64,000 nucleotides of DNA from an uncultured Gammaproteobacteria bacterium (GTDB lineage Bacteria > Patescibacteriota > Microgenomatia > Levybacterales > UBA12049). Each line of letters starts with the position of its first letter. Within the stretch, counting starts at the first letter, position 1. The notes beneath the pieces are model-generated. The model had not been told where the DNA came from and did not search any database. It was given only the letters and a program-made list of their open reading frames with translations. A program made the position numbers and the translations under genes. This document shows, one piece after another, positions 49,471 to 58,588 of this stretch. The stretch is from assembly GCA_964603935.1 (NCBI GenBank), contig CAZRWL010000002.1:9210-73209 (forward strand), in the 5' to 3' direction.

Positions 49471-50657
49471 AAATGTTTATCGCTTATCGCTTTTCGCACA
49501 ACGCCATATTCGTCCCACGCAATTTCCCCATGCCCATAATTCATTGACTTCTCATGGGATTTCCCCGTAATAAGCACGATATCTCCCTTTTTTGCCATTT
49601 TAATTGCCGCTTCAATCGCTTTCTTTCTATCTGAAATTTTTAAAACTTTCTTTTTCCTTAATTCATGATTCACAATTCCTGATTCAATCTCTTCGTTAAT
49701 TTGATCTATAGACTCCGAGCGAGGGTCTTCCGATGTCAAAATAATAATGTCTGAATATTCGGAAGAAATTTTACCCATCATTGGCCGTTTGCTGGCATCT
49801 CTTTGTCCTGCCGAACCAAATACGTGAATTAGTCTGCCTTTTATGCTCGGCTTAATCGCTCTTAAAACTTGTTCAAATGCGTTAGGAGTATGCGCAAAAT
49901 CAATCATTACCGTAAAACTATTTTTATAAACTACATCTCCTCTCCCAAGAGGAGGCTTAAAAGTTTCTGTGCCTTTCCTAATATCTTCATCCGTTATTCC
50001 AAGCGCTTTGCAAGCAGAAATCGCAGCCAAAACATTGTACACATTAAACTCTCCAATCAGGCTTGTCTCAAATGGAAAATTTCCCGGAGTTATGTCTGCG
50101 CCTTTCATTCCATAAGTTCTCAATTTTGAATTTTGAATTTTGAATTTTGAATTAAACAAAACGTATGACTTATCGTCTCTGTTCGTGATTGCAGCTTTAC
50201 TCATTTTAAAAAGTTTTGCTTTTGTTTTGACGTAATTTTCGTAGGTTTTGTGATAATCCAAGTGCTCATGCGTAACATTGGTCAAGACTCCAACTTCATA
50301 CTTAATTCCAAAAACCCTATGCTGGTCTAACGCATGCGAAGTAGTTTCTAAAACCAGAAACTGCGCTCCCGATCTTACTGCTTTTTTAATAAATTTTTGG
50401 ACAGCAAAAGATGAAGGGGTGGTAACATGAAAACCAACATCGTAATCTTTTCCGCCAATCATTGCCCCGACAGAAGTAACCATAGACGCATTAAATCCGG
50501 CTGAATTTAAAATGTGATAAATTAAGCTAGTTGTAGTTGTTTTCCCATCCGTTCCTGTAACGCCTATGATTGTTAGTTTTCTTGAAGGGAATCTAAACCA
50601 AATATTTGAGATTATCGCAACCCCCAGATGATAAACATTCTTCGTTCTCTGCCACAC
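49467..50657 (-). CDS. murE: UDP-N-acetylmuramoyl-tripeptide synthetase MurE-like Mur ligase (short N-terminus)
   Basis: IGVTGTDGKTTTTSLI, TNVTHEHLDYH, DFAHTPNAFEQV, GSAGQRD, SEDPRSE match MurE motifs (DHLDYH, DYAHTPDAL, GGDRD, DNPR). Confidence 0.7.
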   Translation of the reverse strand: MWQRTKNVYHLGVAIISNIWFRFPSRKLTIIGVTGTDGKTTTTSLIYHILNSAGFNASMVTSVGAMIGGKDYDVGFHVTTPSSFAVQKFIKKAVRSGAQFLVLETTSHALDQHRVFGIKYEVGVLTNVTHEHLDYHKTYENYVKTKAKLFKMSKAAITNRDDKSYVLFNSKFKIQNSKLRTYGMKGADITPGNFPFETSLIGEFNVYNVLAAISACKALGITDEDIRKGTETFKPPLGRGDVVYKNSFTVMIDFAHTPNAFEQVLRAIKPSIKGRLIHVFGSAGQRDASKRPMMGKISSEYSDIIILTSEDPRSESIDQINEEIESGIVNHELRKKKVLKISDRKKAIEAAIKMAKKGDIVLITGKSHEKSMNYGHGEIAWDEYGVVRKAISDKHL

Positions 50658-50695
50658 AACTATATATTATACGCTTTCTTATCGTTATTCTCCAG

Positions 50696-52373
50696 TTATT
50701 CGTTGGGAGGAACACCGTAGTAGGAAAGAAGGTCTTTTGCAATATCGAAAAATAAAGGAGCTGCGGTTTCTGCTGCGTAAATCGAAGTTGTTGGTTTGTT
50801 CAAGATTACAAGCATTATGAATTTGGGCTTTTCTGCCGGCGCGTAACCTATAAATGAAGTTATCGTATTTGTCGGATCATAATGTCCGGCAACAGGAATC
50901 GATGCTGTACCTGTTTTACCCGCAATCCTATAACCTTTAAGCCTCGCCCATTGAGCCTCTCCTTTCTCAAGCATTTACCAAAATTTCCGTCATGACTTTC
51001 GCTGTTTTACTCGTTACAGGAGTCCCTTTAATTTTTACAGGTATTTTGGACACTTCTCTATTCTCATTTTCAAAAGCAGACACAACATGAGGCTCTAATA
51101 TTTTCCCGTTATTTGCAAGAGCCGAAAAAGCAGTTAATAGCTCTATCGGGGTAACAGAAACTCCCTGTCCAAAACCGGTAGTTGCCAAATCAACAGGATA
51201 CCAGGTGTTTTTGGACTTAAGAGGCGGAGCAATTTCTCCTTGCAAGTCAATACCCGTAGCATTACCTATTCCAAAACGAGTAAGGTATGAAATCATCCTG
51301 TCTACTCCGAGTTTTTGCGCAACATATACCATTCCCGTATTATCCGAATGCTGGATGACCTCAATCATATTTGTATCTTTATAATATTTGTCATTCCATG
51401 TATGCAAACTATAATCTCCAATAATTATCGGTCTGCCGCAAATATTGCATTTGGTTTGCGGTGTAATAAGACCTGCGTCCAAGGCAGAAGCCATTATAAT
51501 AGGCTTGAGAGTTGAACCCGGCTCATAGGCATCAACAATGAATGGATTCTTATACAAGCTTTGGTCATACTCCCAATATTTTTCAGGAGCAAAGGAGGGT
51601 AAAGAAACCATTGCGAGAATATTTCCCGTTGCCGGCTCCATAATCCCAATCATTCCGCCTAACGCCCCGTATTTTTCTATTCCTTCTTTTAGTTTTTTCT
51701 CCGCTAAAAACTGTATTGACCTATCTACGCTTAAAACCAAATTGTTTCCATTTGATCCGCTTAAGTTTTCTCTCCTCTTGGACAAAATGGGCCTTCCCAG
51801 GGCATCGTGCAATTCTACAACATGTCCTTCCTTACCCCTTAAAAGCCTGTCGTAATATCCTTCAATTCCAACGCTACCCCTACTCTCTCCTTCTTCATTT
51901 TTTCCAACAAAACCTATTAAATGCGCAGCTGTGGATGCTTCCGGATAAAGACGCGTAAACCGTTCTTCAAATCCCATGCCGGGAAGATTCATTTTCTCTA
52001 TTTCTTCCTTTGTAAAAGCATCTATTCCAGACTTTACAGGAACCCACAATTTATTAGATGAGAGCAAGGAACTTACAGAAGCAATATCTATATCAAGAAG
52101 AGATGAAAGCAAGCTGATTGTTTTGTTTTTATTTTTTACTTCTGCTGGATTGGCAAACAAAAGGTAAGATATTTTATTTGTTACTATCGGAAATCCGTCG
52201 GATGTTTTTATTTCTCCTCTTTTTGGCAAAATTTTTAAAACTCCGCTATACTGCAACTTGGCCAATTCGGAAAGCATTTCCGCCTTAACAACTTGCCAAT
52301 AGAATAAACGGCCTATCACGCAAACGAAAAATATTATAAAGATTGCAAAAACGAAGGGATAACGCCATTTCAT
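50696..52373 (-). CDS. ftsI: FtsI / class B penicillin-binding protein (transpeptidase). The reading frame is interrupted by a +1 shift at 50967-50974.
   Basis: The listed ORFs 50967-52373 and 50696-50974 overlap by 8 nt. The long ORF carries STLK (SxxK) and SDN (SxN). The short downstream ORF carries AGKTGTA (KTG). Together they form one PBP. Confidence 0.7.
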
Positions 52374-52657
52374 CGTTTAACAGCCAGCGATACTGATGTT
52401 TTAAGAACCATTAATGGAGAATCTTCCTTAACAAAGCCCAACTCTACTGCTTTGTTCGCTATATAAGTAAGAGAAGAGAAGGTTAGGAGTTTTTCGGACA
52501 GAATAGCGTTTTGTGTTTCATAGTAATCTACTTTATCTTCAAGTTTACCTACAAATACGCCTGACGTTGACAGCCTATTGTAGGCTACTGATTTAACAAC
52601 AGAAAGAACAATGGTTAAACCTATTAAAAATAGTATTAATAAATACGGCTTTTTCAT
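52370..52657 (-). CDS. ftsL: Cell division protein FtsL-like (single TM, coiled coil)
   Basis: 95 aa, N-terminal TM helix, position between rsmH and ftsI. Confidence 0.6.
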   Translation of the reverse strand: MKKPYLLILFLIGLTIVLSVVKSVAYNRLSTSGVFVGKLEDKVDYYETQNAILSEKLLTFSSLTYIANKAVELGFVKEDSPLMVLKTSVSLAVKR

Positions 52658-52666
52658 AAGTATGAC

Positions 52667-53542
52667 TTAAGCCTTCTCAAAAATTCTCAATTTAGCGCTT
52701 CTTGCCCTGTTATTTGCCGCTAATTCGTAAGCGCTTGGAACAATTGGTTTTTCCGTAACAATTTTTCCCATTTTTCTACTCTCAAATTCCAAAAATTTTC
52801 TTTTAACAATCCTGTCTTCCAATGAATGAAATGAAATGACGCATAATCTTCCGTTCTCTTCCAAGAGCTCCACAGCTTTTGGTAAAGCTTCCATAATTGC
52901 ATTTAACTCATCGTTTACCGCAATTCTCAACGCCTGAAAGACTTTCTTACTTTGCCCTGCTATTGAGAAAGCTATTTTAGCCAAATCCGTTGTCGTTTCA
53001 ATAGGCTTCACGCTACGGGCCCTGACAATAGCGTTACTAATGGCCCAAGCATGAGTCTCTTCACCAAATTTAGTAAATATCTCACAAAGCTCTCCTTTCG
53101 TTAATATCTTTATTAAATCAAGGGCCCTAACTCCCAGCTTCTGATCCATTCGCATATCCAGCGGGCCCTCACTCTGGAAACTGAATCCGCGCGCAGATTC
53201 ATCTATTTGATGACCGGACACACCAAGGTCAAAAATTATTCCAGCCACTTTATCAAAGTTATTTAAACGTGCAATTTTATCTATATCTCTAAAATTTACT
53301 CTGGCTAAAGTCAAATTCCCTTCCTCAACATTCAACCTTCTACTTTCTACCTTCCATCTTCCGTTTACAAATCCAATCGCATCCTCATCAACATCTATTC
53401 CCAAAACAATTCCTCCCAATCTCAAAATTCCAACCCCATGTCCTCCTCCCCCAAGCGTTGCGTCAATATACTTATTGCCTTTTTTAACTCTCAATCCCTC
53501 TATTATTTCTTTTAAAAGTACAGGCTTATGATAATCACTCAT
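52667..53542 (-). CDS. rsmH: 16S rRNA (cytosine1402-N4)-methyltransferase RsmH (MraW)
   Basis: MSDYHKPVLLKEIIEGL ... DATLGGGGH. Confidence 0.9.
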   Translation of the reverse strand: MSDYHKPVLLKEIIEGLRVKKGNKYIDATLGGGGHGVGILRLGGIVLGIDVDEDAIGFVNGRWKVESRRLNVEEGNLTLARVNFRDIDKIARLNNFDKVAGIIFDLGVSGHQIDESARGFSFQSEGPLDMRMDQKLGVRALDLIKILTKGELCEIFTKFGEETHAWAISNAIVRARSVKPIETTTDLAKIAFSIAGQSKKVFQALRIAVNDELNAIMEALPKAVELLEENGRLCVISFHSLEDRIVKRKFLEFESRKMGKIVTEKPIVPSAYELAANNRARSAKLRIFEKA

Positions 53543-53981
53543 GCTTTATCTTTTGTTCTTTATTAATCAGCTTATCTGAAATCTTATCAATGTTTTTTTC
53601 AAGATCAAGTCTGTATGCTTCCCAATTTTCTTTGTCCCACATCTCAACGTATCGCGACAATCCTAAGAATACAACTTCTGTTTTAATTTTTGCAAAACGT
53701 CGCAAGTAGTCAGGTATAATAAACCTTCCCTTAGAATCAAGCTCGACGAATGTTGCCCCTCCAAGAAGGTAACGTTGAGTCTCACGGGCAGGTTTCTCAA
53801 TAAACGGTCTGCCTTCTGTTCCTTCCAAAAGAGCCTTCCATCCTTCTTCCGATACGACAATGAGTGAATTTTCATATCCCAAAGTTACAATTAGTTTACT
53901 GCCAACAATTTCTCTTAATTTTTTGGGGAAAGCCACTCTGCTTTTTTCTCCGACTTTCCCCTCGTATTGTCCAAGTAACAT
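53535..53981 (-). CDS. mraZ: Transcriptional regulator MraZ
   Basis: MLLGQYEGKVGEKSRVAFPKKLRE and a second DSKGRFIIPDYLR repeat (two MraZ half-domains). The start is set at the internal Met because AGGTGG lies 7 nt upstream and the length is then 148 aa. The ORF track start of 54032 is less likely. Confidence 0.8.
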   Translation of the reverse strand: MLLGQYEGKVGEKSRVAFPKKLREIVGSKLIVTLGYENSLIVVSEEGWKALLEGTEGRPFIEKPARETQRYLLGGATFVELDSKGRFIIPDYLRRFAKIKTEVVFLGLSRYVEMWDKENWEAYRLDLEKNIDKISDKLINKEQKIKHE

Positions 53982-54111
53982 ATCCTGCCCACCTTTTCCC
54001 ACTTTATCCCACTTATTATCATTTTGAGCCATTTTAAGCCTGATGTCAAGAGGAAAATGACCATAATAGCGTACTGTAAAACAAAAAAACGCAAGATGTA
54101 GTTGTTAGAAG

Positions 54112-54570
54112 TTAAATCTCGAGGGATTTTTCTACTTGAGACGTTGTTCCGTCTGTTTTTACAACTTTTAGAATTAATTTTATATTAGAGATATCCTGAT
54201 CATAATGACAAACATCCGAGCAGGTACCAAGATCTATCTCTCTTTTCACCATCTGGCCTAACTGCTCTGCATCAATGGTTCCGTTAACTCCCCTGTCAAT
54301 ATTTCCTTTTGAGGTATAGGATAACTCGTAATCTATTCCCGATATGTCTTTTGTATTGATAATTTCAAAAATCACTTTTTTCTTATCTGCGGTTTGCGTT
54401 AAGCTTAAACCTATTGCTTCGGGCTTAATTATGGACACCTTCTCCTCGCTGGGCGCTTGTTCGGCTTGAACAGGAACTGGTTTTTTATTGGATGAGATAA
54501 TAAAAATTCCCCCGCCGATCAAAATAATTACGGCAATCGCTAAAAATGCAATTAATTTCTTATTCTTCAT
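54112..54570 (-). CDS. Hypothetical membrane-anchored exported protein (N-terminal TM, two Cys near the C-terminus)
   Basis: 152 aa, LIAFLAIAVIILIGGGIFII anchor. No family recognised. Confidence 0.5.
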   Translation of the reverse strand: MKNKKLIAFLAIAVIILIGGGIFIISSNKKPVPVQAEQAPSEEKVSIIKPEAIGLSLTQTADKKKVIFEIINTKDISGIDYELSYTSKGNIDRGVNGTIDAEQLGQMVKREIDLGTCSDVCHYDQDISNIKLILKVVKTDGTTSQVEKSLEI

Positions 54571-54619
54571 TAGCTACTTTAATTCTATCAATCTGGAGGT
54601 ATTTGTCAATAGAAGATTC

Positions 54620-54943
54620 TTATTTTGATCCATAAGTTTTTGGACCAATTATGGGGTTTTCCCTCGTTATTTGAATATCTTGCGTTCTGACTAAGCTAAG
54701 AAACTGAGATCCTAAATCAGTAAGCTGCTTTGGATCTATGTTATTTTCTTCACACAAAGCTTTAATCTCAGATCGAATCTCTTTGAGTCTTGACTCAGTG
54801 CACTCTCTCCTAGGATTAAGCACTTCGTTGTGCATTATCAAAACAGTCTGAATACAGCTACCCTTTCTTGTCAAATGCACAGTGCCCTGCAATTCAAATA
54901 CATCCTCTGGCCTTAATCTTGTCTGCGCTTCATGTGTTTGCAT
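54620..54943 (-). CDS. Hypothetical soluble protein
   Basis: 107 aa, no family recognised. Sits between glyQS and the mraZ promoter region. Confidence 0.45.
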   Translation of the reverse strand: MQTHEAQTRLRPEDVFELQGTVHLTRKGSCIQTVLIMHNEVLNPRRECTESRLKEIRSEIKALCEENNIDPKQLTDLGSQFLSLVRTQDIQITRENPIIGPKTYGSK

Positions 54944-55011
54944 CTGACAATTTATCTAAACCAATTTCATGGTATACAAAAGCGAATTTTGTGTCAATAC
55001 AGCAAATTATA

Positions 55012-56319
55012 TCAAATTAATTTTTTGTGAATACTAGAAGCTATATCTTTTATTTTTATTCTTTCTTGCTTCATAGTGTCTCTATCACGAATAGTAACCG
55101 TACCATCTTCCAATGTTTGAAAATCAACAGTCACGCAAAATGGTGTACCAACTTCATCTTGGGCAAAGTATCTTTTTCCGATATTTCCCCTTCCATCATA
55201 AACTGTTGCAAAATTCTTTCTTAACTCCTGATAAATTGTTTTTGCCTTTTCAACAAGTTCCGGCTTATTTGCAAGAAGCGGAAAAACTGCTGCTTTGTAT
55301 GGAGCGAGCTTGGGATGAAGCCTAAGTACAATTCTTTTTTCCTCTTCGCAATATGAATCAAGAAGAAATACCAGCATTGCGCGGCCTACACCAACAGATG
55401 GTTCTATAACATAAGGTAAATATCTTTTCTGTGTTACTTCATCAAAATACGAAAGGTCTTTTCCGGAATATTTTGAATGTTGGAATAAATCATAATCTCC
55501 CCTATTCGCAATCCCTTCAAGCTCTCCAAAATCCATAAATGGCCACTTGTACCAGATTTCCGAGGTTCCCTTTGAATAATGAGCCAGATCTTCTTTTGGT
55601 AAATCAATTATTTTTATATTTTCTTTTTTTATTCCTAAAGATAAATACCATTCTAATCTTTCTTTTTTCCAATACTCATGCCATTTTACACCTTCATCGG
55701 GTTTTACAAAAAACTCAAGCTCCATCATTTCAAACTCCCGAACTCTAAACAAAAAATTACCGGTTGTGATTTCATTTCTAAAACCCTTTCCGATTTGCGC
55801 GATTCCAAAGGGAATATTAATCCTTGTTGAGTCTAAAACGTTTTTGAAATTTATAAAAATTCCCTGCGCAGTTTCAGGACGAAGATAGGTTTTGTTTTCC
55901 TCATTATCAATCGGCCCGACATACGTTTTAAACATCAGATTAAATTGTTTTGTATCTGTCCATGAAGATTCCTTATGCTGCTGTCCATGGATTTTAATTT
56001 CTTCTTTATGATCGGCCCTAAACCTCTGATGACAAATCCTACACTCAACCAAAGGATCGGTAAAGGAGGTTATGTGGCCTGATGCTTCCCATACTTTAGT
56101 GCTATGTAGTACTGAAGAATCAAGGGGAACTATATCGTCGCGGGAACTCACAATGCTTTTCCACCATTCATCTTTTATATTATTAGCAAGCCGTACCCCC
56201 AAAGGACCTAAATCCCACGTGCCACTTAATCCTCCGTAGATTTCAGACCCTGGGAATATAAAACCCCGCCTTTTGCACAGAGCCGTAATCTTATCCATCA
56301 AATTCGAAGATGAATCCAT
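55012..56319 (-). CDS. glyQS: Glycine--tRNA ligase (dimeric class II GlyRS)
   Basis: GFIFPGSEIYGGLSGTWDLGPLG N-terminal signature. Confidence 0.85.
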   Translation of the reverse strand: MDSSSNLMDKITALCKRRGFIFPGSEIYGGLSGTWDLGPLGVRLANNIKDEWWKSIVSSRDDIVPLDSSVLHSTKVWEASGHITSFTDPLVECRICHQRFRADHKEEIKIHGQQHKESSWTDTKQFNLMFKTYVGPIDNEENKTYLRPETAQGIFINFKNVLDSTRINIPFGIAQIGKGFRNEITTGNFLFRVREFEMMELEFFVKPDEGVKWHEYWKKERLEWYLSLGIKKENIKIIDLPKEDLAHYSKGTSEIWYKWPFMDFGELEGIANRGDYDLFQHSKYSGKDLSYFDEVTQKRYLPYVIEPSVGVGRAMLVFLLDSYCEEEKRIVLRLHPKLAPYKAAVFPLLANKPELVEKAKTIYQELRKNFATVYDGRGNIGKRYFAQDEVGTPFCVTVDFQTLEDGTVTIRDRDTMKQERIKIKDIASSIHKKLI

Positions 56320-56365
56320 TATCTAAATTATATCACAAAAAATTTTAAACAATTTTCCTTCAAAT

Positions 56366-56384
56366 CATCCACCCTTCGGGTGGA
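56366..56384. repeat. REP-like hairpin ATCCACCC-ttc-GGGTGGAT (8-bp stem), 21 nt downstream of the Y1 transposase gene
   Basis: Perfect palindrome read from the sequence. The core CACCCTTCGGGTG recurs as its reverse complement at 57129-57141. Confidence 0.6.
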
Positions 56385-56404
56385 TTACATTGGCACATCT
56401 CCTT

Positions 56405-57082
56405 TTAATCATCTATTGCTAGGTGCTCTATTTGCTCAAGCTCTTTCATGTAGCCCACTTGATCCATAACAAACTGCCTATATTTCTCTTTCGATGAAAA
56501 CATATCTAAAACTAGTTTTTTATCTGCAACATCATTGAAAGAATTTCCCACATATTCAGGATAGGATGACCACTGATAATCTTCCAACTGTTCCGGTTTT
56601 ATCAAAAATGATGACACTGGATTTAAATGTATATATCTTGATACATGCATTAGCTGCTCGTCCGATTCGACTCTGACTGCCTTAAATGGACCTTGAAATA
56701 AAGAGCCAACCCGTTCATGCTTGGTATTAAAATACTTTGTATAGCTATTGGTAAAATTAGCTGCAAAAATTGAAACTCCATTTTCCCTTATCTGTTTGAC
56801 TAAGAAATGGAAATGGTTAGGCATCAAACAATAGCAAAGAATCTCTACTAATTTTTGGTTTTCGCCATGGATTTTTTTAACGAACTCCATTCTTTCAGAT
56901 TCGGGAAGCACCATAAACTTAGATAATTTAAGAGGTAAATTTGCAAACCTATAAAAATCAAGCGTTCTTATTCCCCTATCCAATTCCCTTTTATCTGTAA
57001 AAGTAGGTCTTTTCTCAACTCCACGATTAAAGATATGGTAAACTTCGCCGTTTGCAAAAATGCATTTCCTATTAGTAGGCAT
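56405..57082 (-). CDS. HuH Y1 tyrosine transposase of the IS200/RAYT (COG1943) family, full length
   Basis: YHIFNRGVEKRPTF (beta1), YCLMPNHFHFLV (HuH), SRYIHLNPV (catalytic Tyr region). The ORF track start of 57121 is probably too far upstream; the internal Met at 57082 is preferred. Confidence 0.7.
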   Translation of the reverse strand: MPTNRKCIFANGEVYHIFNRGVEKRPTFTDKRELDRGIRTLDFYRFANLPLKLSKFMVLPESERMEFVKKIHGENQKLVEILCYCLMPNHFHFLVKQIRENGVSIFAANFTNSYTKYFNTKHERVGSLFQGPFKAVRVESDEQLMHVSRYIHLNPVSSFLIKPEQLEDYQWSSYPEYVGNSFNDVADKKLVLDMFSSKEKYRQFVMDQVGYMKELEQIEHLAIDD

Positions 57083-57707
57083 ATCTAATTCTAGATTACA
57101 GAAAAAAAGGAGATGTGTCAAGCTAAACCACCCGAAGGGTGAATATGAACAATTTTTATTGACTATGGATTTTTATCGTAAAAATCCACTGCCGGCAAAG
57201 CTTTCGGACTTCAAAAGAGGAATGGAAAAAGCTAAAAAGATCGAAAATCAAATTAATTTAGTAGAAATTTATTGTTACTGTTTAATGCCCAATCATTTTC
57301 ATTTCTTGTTAAGGCAAAACGCAGATGGTGGCATAACAAACTTCTTAAGAAAATTCGCAAATAGTTATACCAGATATTTTAATACAAAGTACGATCGCAT
57401 TGGACCTCTTTTTCAGGGCACATTTAAGGCTAAACTTATTGAAAATGATGCATATTTATTGCAGGTATCAAAGTATATTCATCGAAACCCCTTAAAGTTA
57501 AGTAACTGCATGTTACGTTCTTACCCTTATTCCTCATACAGCTATTACTTATCTGAAGATAAACATCCTTTCTGTAATGCGGAATTTATTTTATCTTATT
57601 TTTCAAGAACTATTCCCAACTTAAGCTACCAATCATTCGTAGAAGAAACTGAAATTGAAAGTCCAGAAATTTATAGCCTGCTTATAGATCCTGACGAAGA
57701 AGAGTAA
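57060..57707 (+). CDS. Second, divergent Y1 transposase-like gene lacking the N-terminal beta-strand region (probably truncated or degenerate). Likely true start is MDFYRK at ~57165.
   Basis: YCYCLMPNHFHFLL and SKYIHRNPL are conserved. The region homologous to the first ~45 aa of the paralog is absent, and the REP hairpin lies in the putative 5' region. Confidence 0.55.
   Translation: MHFLLVGISNSRLQKKRRCVKLNHPKGEYEQFLLTMDFYRKNPLPAKLSDFKRGMEKAKKIENQINLVEIYCYCLMPNHFHFLLRQNADGGITNFLRKFANSYTRYFNTKYDRIGPLFQGTFKAKLIENDAYLLQVSKYIHRNPLKLSNCMLRSYPYSSYSYYLSEDKHPFCNAEFILSYFSRTIPNLSYQSFVEETEIESPEIYSLLIDPDEEE
57127..57142. repeat. REP-like hairpin core CACCC-gaa-GGGTG, the inverted copy of the 56366-56384 element
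   Basis: ACCACCCGAAGGGTGA is the reverse complement of the core at 56369-56381. Confidence 0.55.
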
Positions 57708-57732
57708 ATTTTCTATGTTTTGCGTTCGTGCT

Positions 57733-57769
57733 CCCACATGGAATGTGGGAAACTAAATGTGGGAAACTA
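57733..57769. repeat. Hairpin CCCACAT-gga-ATGTGGG overlapping a tandem direct repeat ATGTGGGAAACTA x2
   Basis: 57733-57749 palindrome. 13-nt units at 57743-57755 and 57757-57769. Confidence 0.5.
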
Positions 57770-57793
57770 CGAGAATAGCTATATAAACGCAAT

Positions 57794-58486
57794 TCACTCA
57801 TATCCTATACTGCGAAGGTAAGCTCCCACAACTCTTTCCCGCCTATAAATAAGTCCGTTGTGCGTCTTGAGAAGAAATATACCCGTATTGTAACGAGGGG
57901 GTAACTCTCTAACAAGGAATTTACCCGCAGCTATTGTGAAAGGAGCATCCTGATTCATGGTAAAAATTATTTTATCAGTAAAACTTCGCTTATGAATCTT
58001 ATGCGCTAAAAATAACGCTTTTAGAGGGTTCTTTGGTCGCATTTTTAACGCATCAAAAAAAGACCCTTCCGCTCTACAAACATAATCAACAGGAACTATA
58101 TGGTAATGTTGTCCTCGGATTTTTGTAACTCTATGTAGCTCAACTATTGTTCGCTCCAAGTCATCGATATGTTCTAAAGCATGAATAGATACTACTTTAT
58201 CAAAAGTATCGTTTGCAAAGGGGAGATTTTCAGCATTTGCAATAGCTACTTTAGCATTTGGGCTCCTTAATTGCGCTGAATTTACTGCTTGCGGATCATT
58301 ATCAACTCCATACACGTGTGGAGTGAATTGAGAAAGGTAGGAGAGAAATTCTCCATTTCCTACTCCAATTTCCAATACTTTATCGCTTGGTTTAATTTGC
58401 AAACGTCTATCAAACCTTTCGTAAATTGTTCTAGGAATTCTCCTACTTTGCGCTTCCGCATAAGATTTATCTCTTAGAATTTCCAT
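57794..58486 (-). CDS. Class I SAM-dependent methyltransferase
   Basis: VLEIGVGNGEFLSYL ... VVSIHALEHIDD. Confidence 0.8.
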   Translation of the reverse strand: MEILRDKSYAEAQSRRIPRTIYERFDRRLQIKPSDKVLEIGVGNGEFLSYLSQFTPHVYGVDNDPQAVNSAQLRSPNAKVAIANAENLPFANDTFDKVVSIHALEHIDDLERTIVELHRVTKIRGQHYHIVPVDYVCRAEGSFFDALKMRPKNPLKALFLAHKIHKRSFTDKIIFTMNQDAPFTIAAGKFLVRELPPRYNTGIFLLKTHNGLIYRRERVVGAYLRSIGYE

Positions 58487-58552
58487 AGTGGAAGTTTATC
58501 AAAAACATCTTTGGTTTACCACTATCAAGACAAAAAATATCCTCAAAAATGA

Positions 58553-58582
58553 TTGACTTACTGAAGAAATCTGTACTAGACT
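58553..58582 (+). promoter_or_regulatory. Promoter TTGACT - 18 nt - TAGACT, 6 nt before the ATG at 58589 (leaderless)
   Basis: Coordinates read directly from the sequence. Confidence 0.45.
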
Positions 58583-58588
58583 TAAATA

